From Alphaproteobacteria bacterium (lineage in GTDB: Bacteria > Pseudomonadota > Alphaproteobacteria > UBA828): a stretch of DNA of 64,000 nucleotides. The stretch lies in assembly GCA_965214705.1 (NCBI GenBank), contig OZ243972.1, positions 3,200,001 to 3,264,000 on the forward strand, read 5' to 3'. The notes below the pieces were generated by a model, which saw only the letters and a program-made list of their open reading frames with translations, was not told the origin of the DNA and searched no databases. Within the stretch, counting starts at the first letter, position 1; the number at the start of each line of letters is the position of its first letter. The position numbers were made by a program, and so were the translations under genes. Shown here piece after piece: positions 18,077-26,874 of the stretch.

Positions 18077-19783
18077 TTAGCGGAAGTAGAAGAGCTGGGT
18101 CAGCGGCAGGGTCTTCGCCGGCTTCACCGTGATGCGCTCGCCATCGACGTAGACGTTGTAGGTCTCCGGGTCGATCTCGATATCCGGCAGCGCGTCGTTG
18201 TGGATCATGTCGCGCTTGGAGATGGTGCGGCAGCGCTTCACCGGCACCAGCCTCTGGGTCTCGATCTGGTCCGCAAGCCCGTTGTCGAGCGCCGCCTTGG
18301 TGACGAAGGAGTAGCTCGTCCGCTTCGGGTTGACGCCGAGGGAGCCGTACTGCGGCCGGTACTTGAGCGGCTGGCCGGTCATCAGCGAGCCCGCCGGGTC
18401 GCCCATCACCGCGTGCGAGATGAAGCCGCCCTTCAGCGTCACCTCGGGCTTCGCGATGAAGAACTCGGGCCGCCAGAACACCAGGTCCGCGAGCTTGCCC
18501 GGCGTGATCGAGCCCACGTAGGAATCGACGCCGAAGCAGATCGACGGGTTGATCGTCACCTTGGCGAGGTAGCGCTTGATCCTGAAGTTGTCGTTGCCCG
18601 AGCCGTCCTCCGAGAGCCGTCCGAAGCGCACCTTGTTGACAGCCGCGAGTTGGAAGGAGCGCTGCGCGCTCTCTGCCGCGCGGCCCACGCCCTGGCTGTC
18701 GGAGCCGATCATGCTGATCGCGCCCATGTCGTGCAGCACGTCCTCGGCCCGCATGGTCTCCGCGCGAGCGCGGCCCTGAATGAAGGCGATGTCCGTCGGC
18801 ACGCTCTTGTTCAGGTTGTGGCAGGTGATCAACATGTCGATCTCTTCGTCGTACGTGTTGATCGAGAACGGGTTGGTCGGGTTGGTCGAGCTCGGAAGCA
18901 GGTTGGGCTCGCCGCAGACCCGCATCATGTCCGGCGCGTTGCCGCCGCCCGCGCCCTCGCAGTGGTAGATGTGCATGACGCGGCCGTTGATGGCCGCGAT
19001 GGTGTCCTCGTAGTAGCCGGTCTCGTTGAGCGTGTCGGCGTGAATCTGGACCTGAAAGTCGTACTCGTCCGCAAGCTCCATGGTGGTCTCGATGGCGGCG
19101 GGCGAGGACGACCAGTCCTCGTGGATCTTGAGCCCCGTGGCGCCGGCCAGGATCTGCTCCACCAGAGAGCCCGGCGTCGCCGCGTTGCCCTTGCCGAAGT
19201 TGCCGAAGTTGAGCGGGATGTCCGCCATCGCCTCCAGCATCCGCTGGATGTTGAAGACGCCGGGACACTCGATGCCCACCGTCTTCGGCCCCGAGCCGCC
19301 GCCGATCACCGTGGTGAAGCCCGCGTTCTGGTACTCGTAGAGCTGCTGCACGGAATCGAAGTGGGGGTGGATGTCTACGAAGCCCGGCGTGCAGATCATG
19401 CCCTCGACCGAGAGGATGTCGGTGTTGGGCGAGACGATCAGCCCCGGCGTGATGTTCATGGTGTCCGGGTTGCCGGACTTGCCGACGCCGACGATCTCGC
19501 CGTCCAGCACGCCGATGTCGCCCTTCACGACGCCGAGGATCGGATCGATGATCACGGCGTTGGTGATCACCATGTCGAGCCCGCCGTCGCTCTGCTTCCA
19601 CTTCGACGCCTGGCCCATGCCGTCGCGGATGGTCTTGCCGCCGCCGAAGACGAGCTCGTCGCCGTAGGTGGTGTAGTCGTGCTCGATCTCGGCCACGAGG
19701 CCGGTGTCGGCGAGGTGAATCTTGTCCCCGGTGGTCGGCCCGTACTGCGCGGCGTAGTCCGGGCGGGCGATCTTCATGCTCAT
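18077..19783 (-). CDS. ureC: urease alpha subunit-like nickel amidohydrolase (divergent)
   Basis: YGPTTGD, FGGGKTIRDGMGQ, HPH, GLKIHEDW, HADTLNE, HCEGAGGG, PSSTNPT, CHNL, SDSQ. Confidence 0.9.
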   Translation of the reverse strand: MSMKIARPDYAAQYGPTTGDKIHLADTGLVAEIEHDYTTYGDELVFGGGKTIRDGMGQASKWKQSDGGLDMVITNAVIIDPILGVVKGDIGVLDGEIVGVGKSGNPDTMNITPGLIVSPNTDILSVEGMICTPGFVDIHPHFDSVQQLYEYQNAGFTTVIGGGSGPKTVGIECPGVFNIQRMLEAMADIPLNFGNFGKGNAATPGSLVEQILAGATGLKIHEDWSSSPAAIETTMELADEYDFQVQIHADTLNETGYYEDTIAAINGRVMHIYHCEGAGGGNAPDMMRVCGEPNLLPSSTNPTNPFSINTYDEEIDMLITCHNLNKSVPTDIAFIQGRARAETMRAEDVLHDMGAISMIGSDSQGVGRAAESAQRSFQLAAVNKVRFGRLSEDGSGNDNFRIKRYLAKVTINPSICFGVDSYVGSITPGKLADLVFWRPEFFIAKPEVTLKGGFISHAVMGDPAGSLMTGQPLKYRPQYGSLGVNPKRTSYSFVTKAALDNGLADQIETQRLVPVKRCRTISKRDMIHNDALPDIEIDPETYNVYVDGERITVKPAKTLPLTQLFYFR

Positions 19784-19806
19784 GCTCTGGCTCCCTGCTC
19801 CTGCCC

Positions 19807-20313
19807 TCAGTCGCCGTCCTTGCCGCCGAACTTCTCGTCGGGCGGGGTCTGGACCGGATAGCGCTCGCCCTCGAAGCAGTAGCCCTCGGCCCTGAGGCGG
19901 CGCATGGTCTGCTCCTTGATGATGCCGGAGCGGACCGAGCCGTTGGTCATGTTGTTCATGCCGTAGGCGACCTGGCGGCCGACGTAGCCGGTGATCTGCA
20001 CCTTGCGGCTCTGGCCGGGCTCGAAGCGCACGGCGCTGCCGGAAGGCACGTCGAGGCGCATGCCGAACGCCGCCTCGCGATCGAAGGCCATCGCCCTGTT
20101 GCACTCGGCGAGGTGATAGTGGGCGCCGATCTGGATCGGCCGGTCGCCGGTGTTGACCATGACGATCTCGATCGCGGGGCGATCCGCATTGATCTCGATG
20201 TCGCCCTCGGCGAAGTCGATGGCGCCGCACTTCTCCGGCTCGCCCACCTCGAACGCCTCGTCCGGCACGATCGATTCCGGCAGCGGCGGCGGGCTCCATT
20301 TTCTCTTAGCCAT
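19807..20313 (-). CDS. ureB: urease beta subunit-like protein (N- and C-terminal extensions)
   Basis: NTGDRPIQIGAHYH, GMRLDVPSGSAVRFEPG. Confidence 0.9.
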   Translation of the reverse strand: MAKRKWSPPPLPESIVPDEAFEVGEPEKCGAIDFAEGDIEINADRPAIEIVMVNTGDRPIQIGAHYHLAECNRAMAFDREAAFGMRLDVPSGSAVRFEPGQSRKVQITGYVGRQVAYGMNNMTNGSVRSGIIKEQTMRRLRAEGYCFEGERYPVQTPPDEKFGGKDGD

Positions 20314-20338
20314 GGCTGTTCTCCACGCTTGGCCCGCG

Positions 20339-20650
20339 CTACTCGCGGATCGGGTTCATCACCGTGACGAGCTTGGTCCCGTCCGGGAACATGGCCTCGA
20401 CCTGGACGATCTTCATCATCTCGGGCACGCCCGTCATCACGTCCTCGCGCTTCAGGATGGTGGCGCCGTACTCCATCATGTCTGTCAGCATGGGGATGCT
20501 GCCCTCGCGTGCGCGCTCTAGAATCTCGTCGCAGATCAGCGCAATCGCCTCGGGGTAGTTCAGCTTGACGCCGCGATCGAGGCGCCGCCGGGCCATCTCC
20601 GCCGCGGCCCAAATCTGTATCCGTTCTTCTTCACGTACAGTGAGATGCAT
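20339..20650 (-). CDS. ureA: urease gamma subunit
   Basis: MHLTVREEE, GVKLNYPEA, FPDGTKLVTV. Confidence 0.93.
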   Translation of the reverse strand: MHLTVREEERIQIWAAAEMARRRLDRGVKLNYPEAIALICDEILERAREGSIPMLTDMMEYGATILKREDVMTGVPEMMKIVQVEAMFPDGTKLVTVMNPIRE

Positions 20651-20985
20651 GAGCCCCCGCTCCCTCTAACGCGCGACATCCGCATAATTTGAGCGACGAC
20701 ACGATTCCATGTGACCGGCGCCCCTAAGAAAAGTCCCCGAAAGGATATACCCGAACGAGTAGTATGTCCCGAGCGGCTGGAGTGGCACAGCCGTCAGGCT
20801 CATCTATTGTTCGTGCCTTCCCCCTGATTGACACAACGTTGCTCCCGACCCCACGTCCGGCCGACCTTGCGCCTGTTGGATGCGCGTGCCGAAGGCGGTA
20901 GGCTTGATCCAAAATACTCCATGATGTTGACCTGCGGGTCCGAGCAGTCGCAGGACGCCGCCGAGCGCGGCAGGGAGGGCTGGCC

Positions 20986-21741
20986 GTGGACAGCCAGATG
21001 GAGTGGTTTTCGGGAGAGCTGGACAAGGCAAGCTCCTTCGATCAGGCGCTGGACATCCTCGCCCAAATTACCGCCGACATGGGTTACACGCAGGTCCTCT
21101 ACGCCTATCAGCGAACAGCGCGTCTCGCGGACGGCGAGTGGGTTCCACTCAAGCTCAACGTCCGTAACTTTCCTGCAGGCTGGGAGCGTCAGTGGGAGGC
21201 CTTCGGCTCTCACGATCCGTACTACCGGGCATGCTTCGAGACGACCCTGCCCTTCGATTGGCACGACGTTCAACGACGCGAACATCTTCACCCGGCCCAG
21301 GCAAAAGCATGGCGCTATCTCGCGGACCTCGGGCTCGGTCGCGGTATGACCATACCTGTCCATCTTCCCTGGGGGCGGTTCGCGGTGGTCAGCGCCATCG
21401 TCGACCGGTCGACGAGCAATTGGTCGCACATCAAGGATGCGACGCGGGATCCCATGTTTCACCTCACCCACCTCTTTCACGACACCGTGCGACGCAATGG
21501 ATTCGAGGATCAGGTGCAGGTCGCGTCATGCGTCCGACTCAGTCCGCGAGAAACGGAATGCCTGCAATGGGCGGCGGCGGGCAAGACCTCACCCGAGATA
21601 GCCCGGATCATCGACCGATCGGTCGAAACCGTGCGCCTCCACCTCAAGAACGCCTTCCACAAGCTTGGTGCGAACAACAAGGGACATGCGATTGGCAAGG
21701 CCGTGCAACTCGGATTGGTCGAGCCGATCGACCGGCATTGA
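20986..21741 (+). CDS. LuxR-family regulator with autoinducer-binding domain (LuxR solo)
   Basis: NFPAGW...DP.....FDW N-terminal domain; LSPRETECLQWAAAGKTSPEIA HTH; no luxI in the window. Confidence 0.9.
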   Translation: MDSQMEWFSGELDKASSFDQALDILAQITADMGYTQVLYAYQRTARLADGEWVPLKLNVRNFPAGWERQWEAFGSHDPYYRACFETTLPFDWHDVQRREHLHPAQAKAWRYLADLGLGRGMTIPVHLPWGRFAVVSAIVDRSTSNWSHIKDATRDPMFHLTHLFHDTVRRNGFEDQVQVASCVRLSPRETECLQWAAAGKTSPEIARIIDRSVETVRLHLKNAFHKLGANNKGHAIGKAVQLGLVEPIDRH

Positions 21742-21890
21742 CTACCCAATTATGTTAACCTGTTTATGGAGCCTCGTTCGGGGAGTGTCCGTCGACTAGA
21801 TTATTCCCTAGCCTGCCAACTCGATGGCCGTGCCAGGCCGGCTGACGGAGCAGGCTGGGCGGTTGTAACCGGAAATCAGGGAGGTGGTCG

Positions 21891-23198
21891 ATGCGGCGCA
21901 AACTCACATTAGGGAAGGCCGTTGGCGCGGCCCTTGCAGCGATAGGCATGGTGGCGCTGGCCGGTCTGGCGAACAATTCGGCGCAGGCCGCGACGGACGA
22001 GGAGATCATCCTTTGCACGATCGATGATCTTTCCGGCGATTTCTCGATCATGGCGACACCCAAGACCTACGGCTATCAGCTGGCGGTCAAGGAGGTGAAC
22101 GAGGCTGGCGGCATCATGGTGGATGGCGCCCAGAAGATGATCAAGCTGATCACCTACGATGGGCAGTCCCAGGTCAAACGCTATCAGGAGCTTGCACAAA
22201 AGTGCATTTTCGACGACGAGGCCGATGTCGTCATGGCAGCGTACACGGGCGCCGAGCGTGAGGCGGCCCGCCGCGAAGTGGTCCGCAACGAGGTCATCTA
22301 CTGGCATAACAATCAGGGCGAGGGCGGGATTGCCGACAGGTACTCGTTCTTCTCCGGCCCCACGCCTGAGCAGCAGGTCCTGCCGGCGCTCAAGTGGATG
22401 ATCGAGAATTACGGCACGCGGATGATTTACATCGGTGCTGACTACAACTTCTGCCGGGCGATCGGTATGTGGACCCGAACGGCCGCCAATCTCTATGGCG
22501 GAACCATCGAGTATGAGGAGTACTTCCCGTTCGGTGTCTCGCAATGGCAGGCGACGATCGACAGAATTCAGAAGGTCGCGCCGGACTTCCAGGTCCATTG
22601 TCTCGTCGGTGCCGAGCATGTGCAGTTCTATCCGCAGGCGCAGTCGGCAGGCCTGTCGACGCCGACATGGTCAAACGTGACTATCGCGGACGGCTACGAG
22701 CACAAGCGTTTCGCGCCGCCCTCGCTGGCGAACATGCATGTCTCGCCGGGCTACATCGAGGATGTGCCCCACGAGAACAGCGTGGAGTTCGTCCGCAAGC
22801 TGCGCGAAATGTTCCCAGACATGCTGTACGCAAACGAGCACGCGGGCTTCGGTTATGTGGCGGTGAAGGCAATGGCTAACGCCTGGGCCAAGGCCGGCAC
22901 GACGGACACCGACGCGGTGATCGACGCCTTGCAGTCGGATATCGAGGTACCGGAGGCGCCGGGGGGTCCGTGGAAGCTCCATGGCGACCAGCATCACGGC
23001 GCCATGCATTCATACCTGTTCAAGGTGAACGACGATCACAGCCTGACGCTGATCGCTGACCTCGGTTACACCGAGCCAACATTCCTCAGCGACATCGGCG
23101 TGAACATGCGTGAGAAGGCGCCGGGTCGTCAGTATCTGCCGCCGGACAATCCGGCATGGGCGCCCTTCTTCGAGGGTCAGGAACGCGTCGGGCAGTGA
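21891..23198 (+). CDS. UrtA/AmiC-like ABC substrate-binding protein
   Basis: Signal peptide, LAVKEVNEAGG, YDGQS, PEQQ, GADYNF; periplasmic binding protein type 1. Confidence 0.85.
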   Translation: MRRKLTLGKAVGAALAAIGMVALAGLANNSAQAATDEEIILCTIDDLSGDFSIMATPKTYGYQLAVKEVNEAGGIMVDGAQKMIKLITYDGQSQVKRYQELAQKCIFDDEADVVMAAYTGAEREAARREVVRNEVIYWHNNQGEGGIADRYSFFSGPTPEQQVLPALKWMIENYGTRMIYIGADYNFCRAIGMWTRTAANLYGGTIEYEEYFPFGVSQWQATIDRIQKVAPDFQVHCLVGAEHVQFYPQAQSAGLSTPTWSNVTIADGYEHKRFAPPSLANMHVSPGYIEDVPHENSVEFVRKLREMFPDMLYANEHAGFGYVAVKAMANAWAKAGTTDTDAVIDALQSDIEVPEAPGGPWKLHGDQHHGAMHSYLFKVNDDHSLTLIADLGYTEPTFLSDIGVNMREKAPGRQYLPPDNPAWAPFFEGQERVGQ

Positions 23199-23212
23199 AT
23201 TGCCCCGGCGCT

Positions 23213-23237
23213 GGCGGCCGGCATAATGCCGGCCGCC
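23213..23237 (+). terminator. stem-loop after the substrate-binding gene (mRNA stabiliser or attenuator)
   Basis: GGCGGCCGGCAT-A-ATGCCGGCCGCC; no U-tract. Confidence 0.4.
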
Positions 23238-23293
23238 CCGCCCTGCCCCGCGGCGGGGCGCCGGCACGTAGCAGCGGGAGCGGATAGGGCGCC

Positions 23294-24205
23294 ATGGATG
23301 TCGCGGCCGACGTCTTCAGCTACGCCTATCAGTATTTCGACAATATCGGATTTCTGATTCTCTCGGCGTCCGGCCTCATCATCATTTTCGGGATGATGGG
23401 CGTCATCAACATGGCTCATGGCGAGTTGATGATGATCGGCGCCTACATAACGGCGTTCTCCTATCATGCCGGTGTTCCAGCCCCCTTGGCCATCATCTTC
23501 GCTGGCATCGGTGCCGGCCTAGCCGGCATGGTTCTGGAGCGCCTGGTCATCCGGCACTTTTACAAGCAGCTCCTCTCGTCGCTGGTGGTGACATGGGGGC
23601 TGAGCCTGATGATCAGCCAAGGATTCCTGCTGATATTCGGGCCGACGATACTTAACGTGCCGACTCCGTTCGGCAACTTTCCAGTGGCAGAGCAGACCTT
23701 CGGGATCTATCGGCTTGTCCTGTTCGGTGGTGCACTGGCCATCGTCGCCGGAGTCTGGGCCGTGTTCACCTTCACCAAGTTCGGCACTCACGCCCGGGCC
23801 ACGATGGAAGACCCGGACATGGCCGACGCGCTGGGCGTGAACACGCGCAACATCTACGTCCTCACTTTCGGCATTGGTGCCGCCATGGGCGGCGTCGCAG
23901 GCGGCATGTTCGCGCTGACGGCGACGATTTCGCCGTTCTTCGGCATCAACTACACGCCGCTCGCATTCATCACCGTCGTGGTCGGCGGTGGTGCCAACGT
24001 CATCACCGGGCTGCTGTCGAGCGTGATGGCGCTCGCCGGCGTACAGACCGCAGTCAACAACTTGGTCAATGTCTATGTCGGCTACATTGCCATGATGGGC
24101 GCGGCTTTCTTCATCCTGCTCCTGCTCCCCAGGGGAATTTCGGAGTATCTCGAGCGCCGCAAGATACGGACGGAGCGGAAGGTGAGCCGCAGTGCGCCAG
24201 CATAG
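23294..24205 (+). CDS. UrtB/LivH-like permease
   Basis: GLIIIFGMMGVINMAHGELMMIGAY. Confidence 0.9.
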   Translation: MDVAADVFSYAYQYFDNIGFLILSASGLIIIFGMMGVINMAHGELMMIGAYITAFSYHAGVPAPLAIIFAGIGAGLAGMVLERLVIRHFYKQLLSSLVVTWGLSLMISQGFLLIFGPTILNVPTPFGNFPVAEQTFGIYRLVLFGGALAIVAGVWAVFTFTKFGTHARATMEDPDMADALGVNTRNIYVLTFGIGAAMGGVAGGMFALTATISPFFGINYTPLAFITVVVGGGANVITGLLSSVMALAGVQTAVNNLVNVYVGYIAMMGAAFFILLLLPRGISEYLERRKIRTERKVSRSAPA

Positions 24206-25292
24206 CGTTTTGGACCGCTACCTCGGCCCGCTGAACGGTCCTCACACGATGGGCCGCGGAGTCGCCTTCTGGGTCGGTTTCGTGGTCGTGGTTGCCGTGC
24301 TCGCGAGCTTTCCCGAGTACATGCGCCGCTACGATATTATAAATCTCAGCAACTTCCTGATTTCGGGCTTCCTCGCCCTTAGCCTCGGCCTGATCTGGGG
24401 TTATTGCGGCGTTCTCAGCCTTGGCCAGGCCGCGTTCCACGGAATCGGCGGCTATGCCTACGGTATCGTTGCGCTCAATCTCTTCAACGCGCACGGCAAT
24501 ACCGACATCGCGTTCTTCGCCGGTATTGTGGTCCCCGTTGTCTTTGCCGCAATCATTGGCGGGATCATGTTCTTCGCGCGATTGCGCGGCGTCTATATCG
24601 CGATCTTGATGCTCGTGGTCTCGCTGCTGATCGGCACGTTCATGCGTCAGACTGCCGATCCGAGCTACACAATCGGTGCGGCCTATTTGGGAGGAATGAA
24701 CGGACTCAGGCCCGCCTCCGTCGACGACCCGTTGCTCCCCAGCCTAATTTTTGGCCTCGGCGAGACGGTGATCGAGTTGGACGGCCGCCGCCCTGCCTTC
24801 TTCTACTTCGTTCTGGGGCTGCTGGTGGCAGTCTATCTGGGCCTCCGCTGCTTGGTGAACTCCAGCTACGGCTACTTGTTGATCGGCTGCCGGGAAGATC
24901 CTAACAGGACGGAGACTTTCGGTTACGATGTGCGTCTGATCCAGCTCGGCGTCTTCTGCATTGCTGCCGCGATCGCGGGGCTCTCGGGAGTGCTCTACAC
25001 GGCGTGGGGAACCTACATTCATCCGGACGGTTTCGGCGTCGCGCCCAACATTCTTGTCGTCATCTGGGTCGCGGTCGGCGGCCGCAAGGATCTCGGCGCC
25101 GCGATCGCGGGTGCGATCGTGCTCGAATGGGTATCGCTCAGACTTGCGGCCGAAGGCGAAATTGCGTTCCTTGTGCTGGGCGCCATTCTAGTCGGCGTTA
25201 TGCTGATCGCGCCGAACGGCCTCGGCATCACTATCGGCGACTACATCCGGCGAGGCCACGATCGGGCGATCGACTGGGTGCGTGCGCGGTGA
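24192..25292 (+). CDS. UrtC/LivM-like permease
   Basis: LIWGYCGVLSLGQAAF, GGMNG, VIWVAVGGR. Confidence 0.9.
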   Translation: MRQHSVLDRYLGPLNGPHTMGRGVAFWVGFVVVVAVLASFPEYMRRYDIINLSNFLISGFLALSLGLIWGYCGVLSLGQAAFHGIGGYAYGIVALNLFNAHGNTDIAFFAGIVVPVVFAAIIGGIMFFARLRGVYIAILMLVVSLLIGTFMRQTADPSYTIGAAYLGGMNGLRPASVDDPLLPSLIFGLGETVIELDGRRPAFFYFVLGLLVAVYLGLRCLVNSSYGYLLIGCREDPNRTETFGYDVRLIQLGVFCIAAAIAGLSGVLYTAWGTYIHPDGFGVAPNILVVIWVAVGGRKDLGAAIAGAIVLEWVSLRLAAEGEIAFLVLGAILVGVMLIAPNGLGITIGDYIRRGHDRAIDWVRAR

Positions 25293-26032
25293 GCGCGCTA
25301 GCCGAAAGGAGCGCCGCCACGGGCGTCATCGTGGAGACCCGGTCGCTAAGCAAGATATTCGGCGGCGTGCGGGCCGTGGATGGGCTCGATCTCTCCATCC
25401 AGGAGGGCGAAATCCATTGCATCATCGGTCCTAACGGCGCCGGCAAGAGCACCTTGTTCAAGCTCCTCATGGGGATCGAGCGGCCGACGGCAGGCGCGAT
25501 CGTTCTCGACGATCACGACATCACGCACATGGCGCCGCACCTTCGTGCGCGTCGCGGATTGGCCATCAAGTTCCAGTCAATGCAGGTCTATCAGGACCTC
25601 ACCGTCTATCAGAACCTCTTCATTCCTCTGCGCCGCCACCATCGGCCGCGCGAGATCCCCGATCGCTGTGCCGACTTGCTTACCCAGCTACAGCTTACGG
25701 ACACCGAAGAGCGGATCGTAGGCGATCTCTCGCACGGGCAGCAGCAGTGGCTTGCCATCGGCATGTCGATGGCGGTGGATCCCAAGGTGCTGCTCCTCGA
25801 CGAGCCGACCGCTGGCATGTCGCCAGAGGAGACGCGGCAGACTGCGGCAATCGTGCGTCAGCTCAACGAGGCGGGCGTGACAATCGCCGTGATCGAGCAC
25901 GACATGGCGTTCGTGCGCGACCTCGATACGCGAACGACGGTATTGCACTACGGCAAGGTGTTTGCTCAGGGCGCGTTCGCAGACATCGAGCGGGACGACG
26001 ACGTGCACCGCATCTATCTCGGGAAGATCTGA
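25289..26032 (+). CDS. UrtD/LivG-like ATP-binding protein
   Basis: GPNGAGKST, LSHGQQQW, LLDEPTAGM, IEHDM; GTG start overlaps the previous stop. Confidence 0.9.
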   Translation: MSALAERSAATGVIVETRSLSKIFGGVRAVDGLDLSIQEGEIHCIIGPNGAGKSTLFKLLMGIERPTAGAIVLDDHDITHMAPHLRARRGLAIKFQSMQVYQDLTVYQNLFIPLRRHHRPREIPDRCADLLTQLQLTDTEERIVGDLSHGQQQWLAIGMSMAVDPKVLLLDEPTAGMSPEETRQTAAIVRQLNEAGVTIAVIEHDMAFVRDLDTRTTVLHYGKVFAQGAFADIERDDDVHRIYLGKI

Positions 26033-26045
26033 GGAGCCCGGCGCG

Positions 26046-26747
26046 ATGCTCCTCGATGTCAGTGGCCTGACCTCCGGTTACGGCAAGGTGCGCATCGTCA
26101 ACGACGTCTCGCTCAGTGTGGAGGAGCAGGAGATCGTCGCAGTGATCGGCCGCAATGGTGTCGGCAAGACCACGCTGATGAAAACTCTGGTCGGGCTGAT
26201 CCGGGGACTTGCCGGCACTGTTGAGTTTCGCAGCCAGGATGTGACTCGGATGCGCGCTGCCGAACGGGCGCAGCTAGGTATCGGCTACGTGCCGCAGGGG
26301 CGTGGCATCTTCGCCCGCCTGTCAGTCGCCGACAATTTGCGGATGGGTGAGCAGATCGGTGGCAGGGGCAAGGCGCCTGATTATGACCGCGTGCACGAGT
26401 ACTTTCCGATCCTGAAGGAGCGTCAGGCGCAGAAGGCAGGCTCACTCAGCGGCGGAGAGCAGCAGCAACTCGCGATAGGTCGCGTCCTCGTGGGCCATCC
26501 CGAACTCGTGTTGCTGGACGAGCCCTCGGAGGGGATCCAGCCCAACATCGTTCAGTCGATCGGCGAGATCATCAAGCGGCTGCGGACCGAAGTTGGATTG
26601 ACCTTCGTAATCGTGGAGCAAAACCTTGATCTCATAAATGCTGTGGCCGACCGTTGCCTGGTTATCGACAAGGGTTCGATTATCGCACGCCTGGACCCCG
26701 CGGAGCTGGCGGACCCAGAGATCGCCCGCAAATACCTAGCAATCTAA
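26046..26747 (+). CDS. UrtE/LivF-like ATP-binding protein
   Basis: GRNGVGKTT, YVPQGR, LSGGEQQ, LDEPSEGIQP; GAGGAG RBS. Confidence 0.9.
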   Translation: MLLDVSGLTSGYGKVRIVNDVSLSVEEQEIVAVIGRNGVGKTTLMKTLVGLIRGLAGTVEFRSQDVTRMRAAERAQLGIGYVPQGRGIFARLSVADNLRMGEQIGGRGKAPDYDRVHEYFPILKERQAQKAGSLSGGEQQQLAIGRVLVGHPELVLLDEPSEGIQPNIVQSIGEIIKRLRTEVGLTFVIVEQNLDLINAVADRCLVIDKGSIIARLDPAELADPEIARKYLAI

Positions 26748-26874
26748 TCGATCTTCCGATCGCCCGATTGCCAGTGCAAAGCGGGTGAGGGGACGGCGGT
26801 CTTCCCATGTACGCAGCACCTCTGGAACCCTAGAATCACGCGGCTAGCAACTCTTCCAACGGAGTCACGCTTTC

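Noticed and set aside
18077-19783. CHNL in the flap as evidence of altered specificity
   Set aside because: CHNL also occurs in bona fide ureases (e.g. Yersinia type, from memory), so it was not counted.
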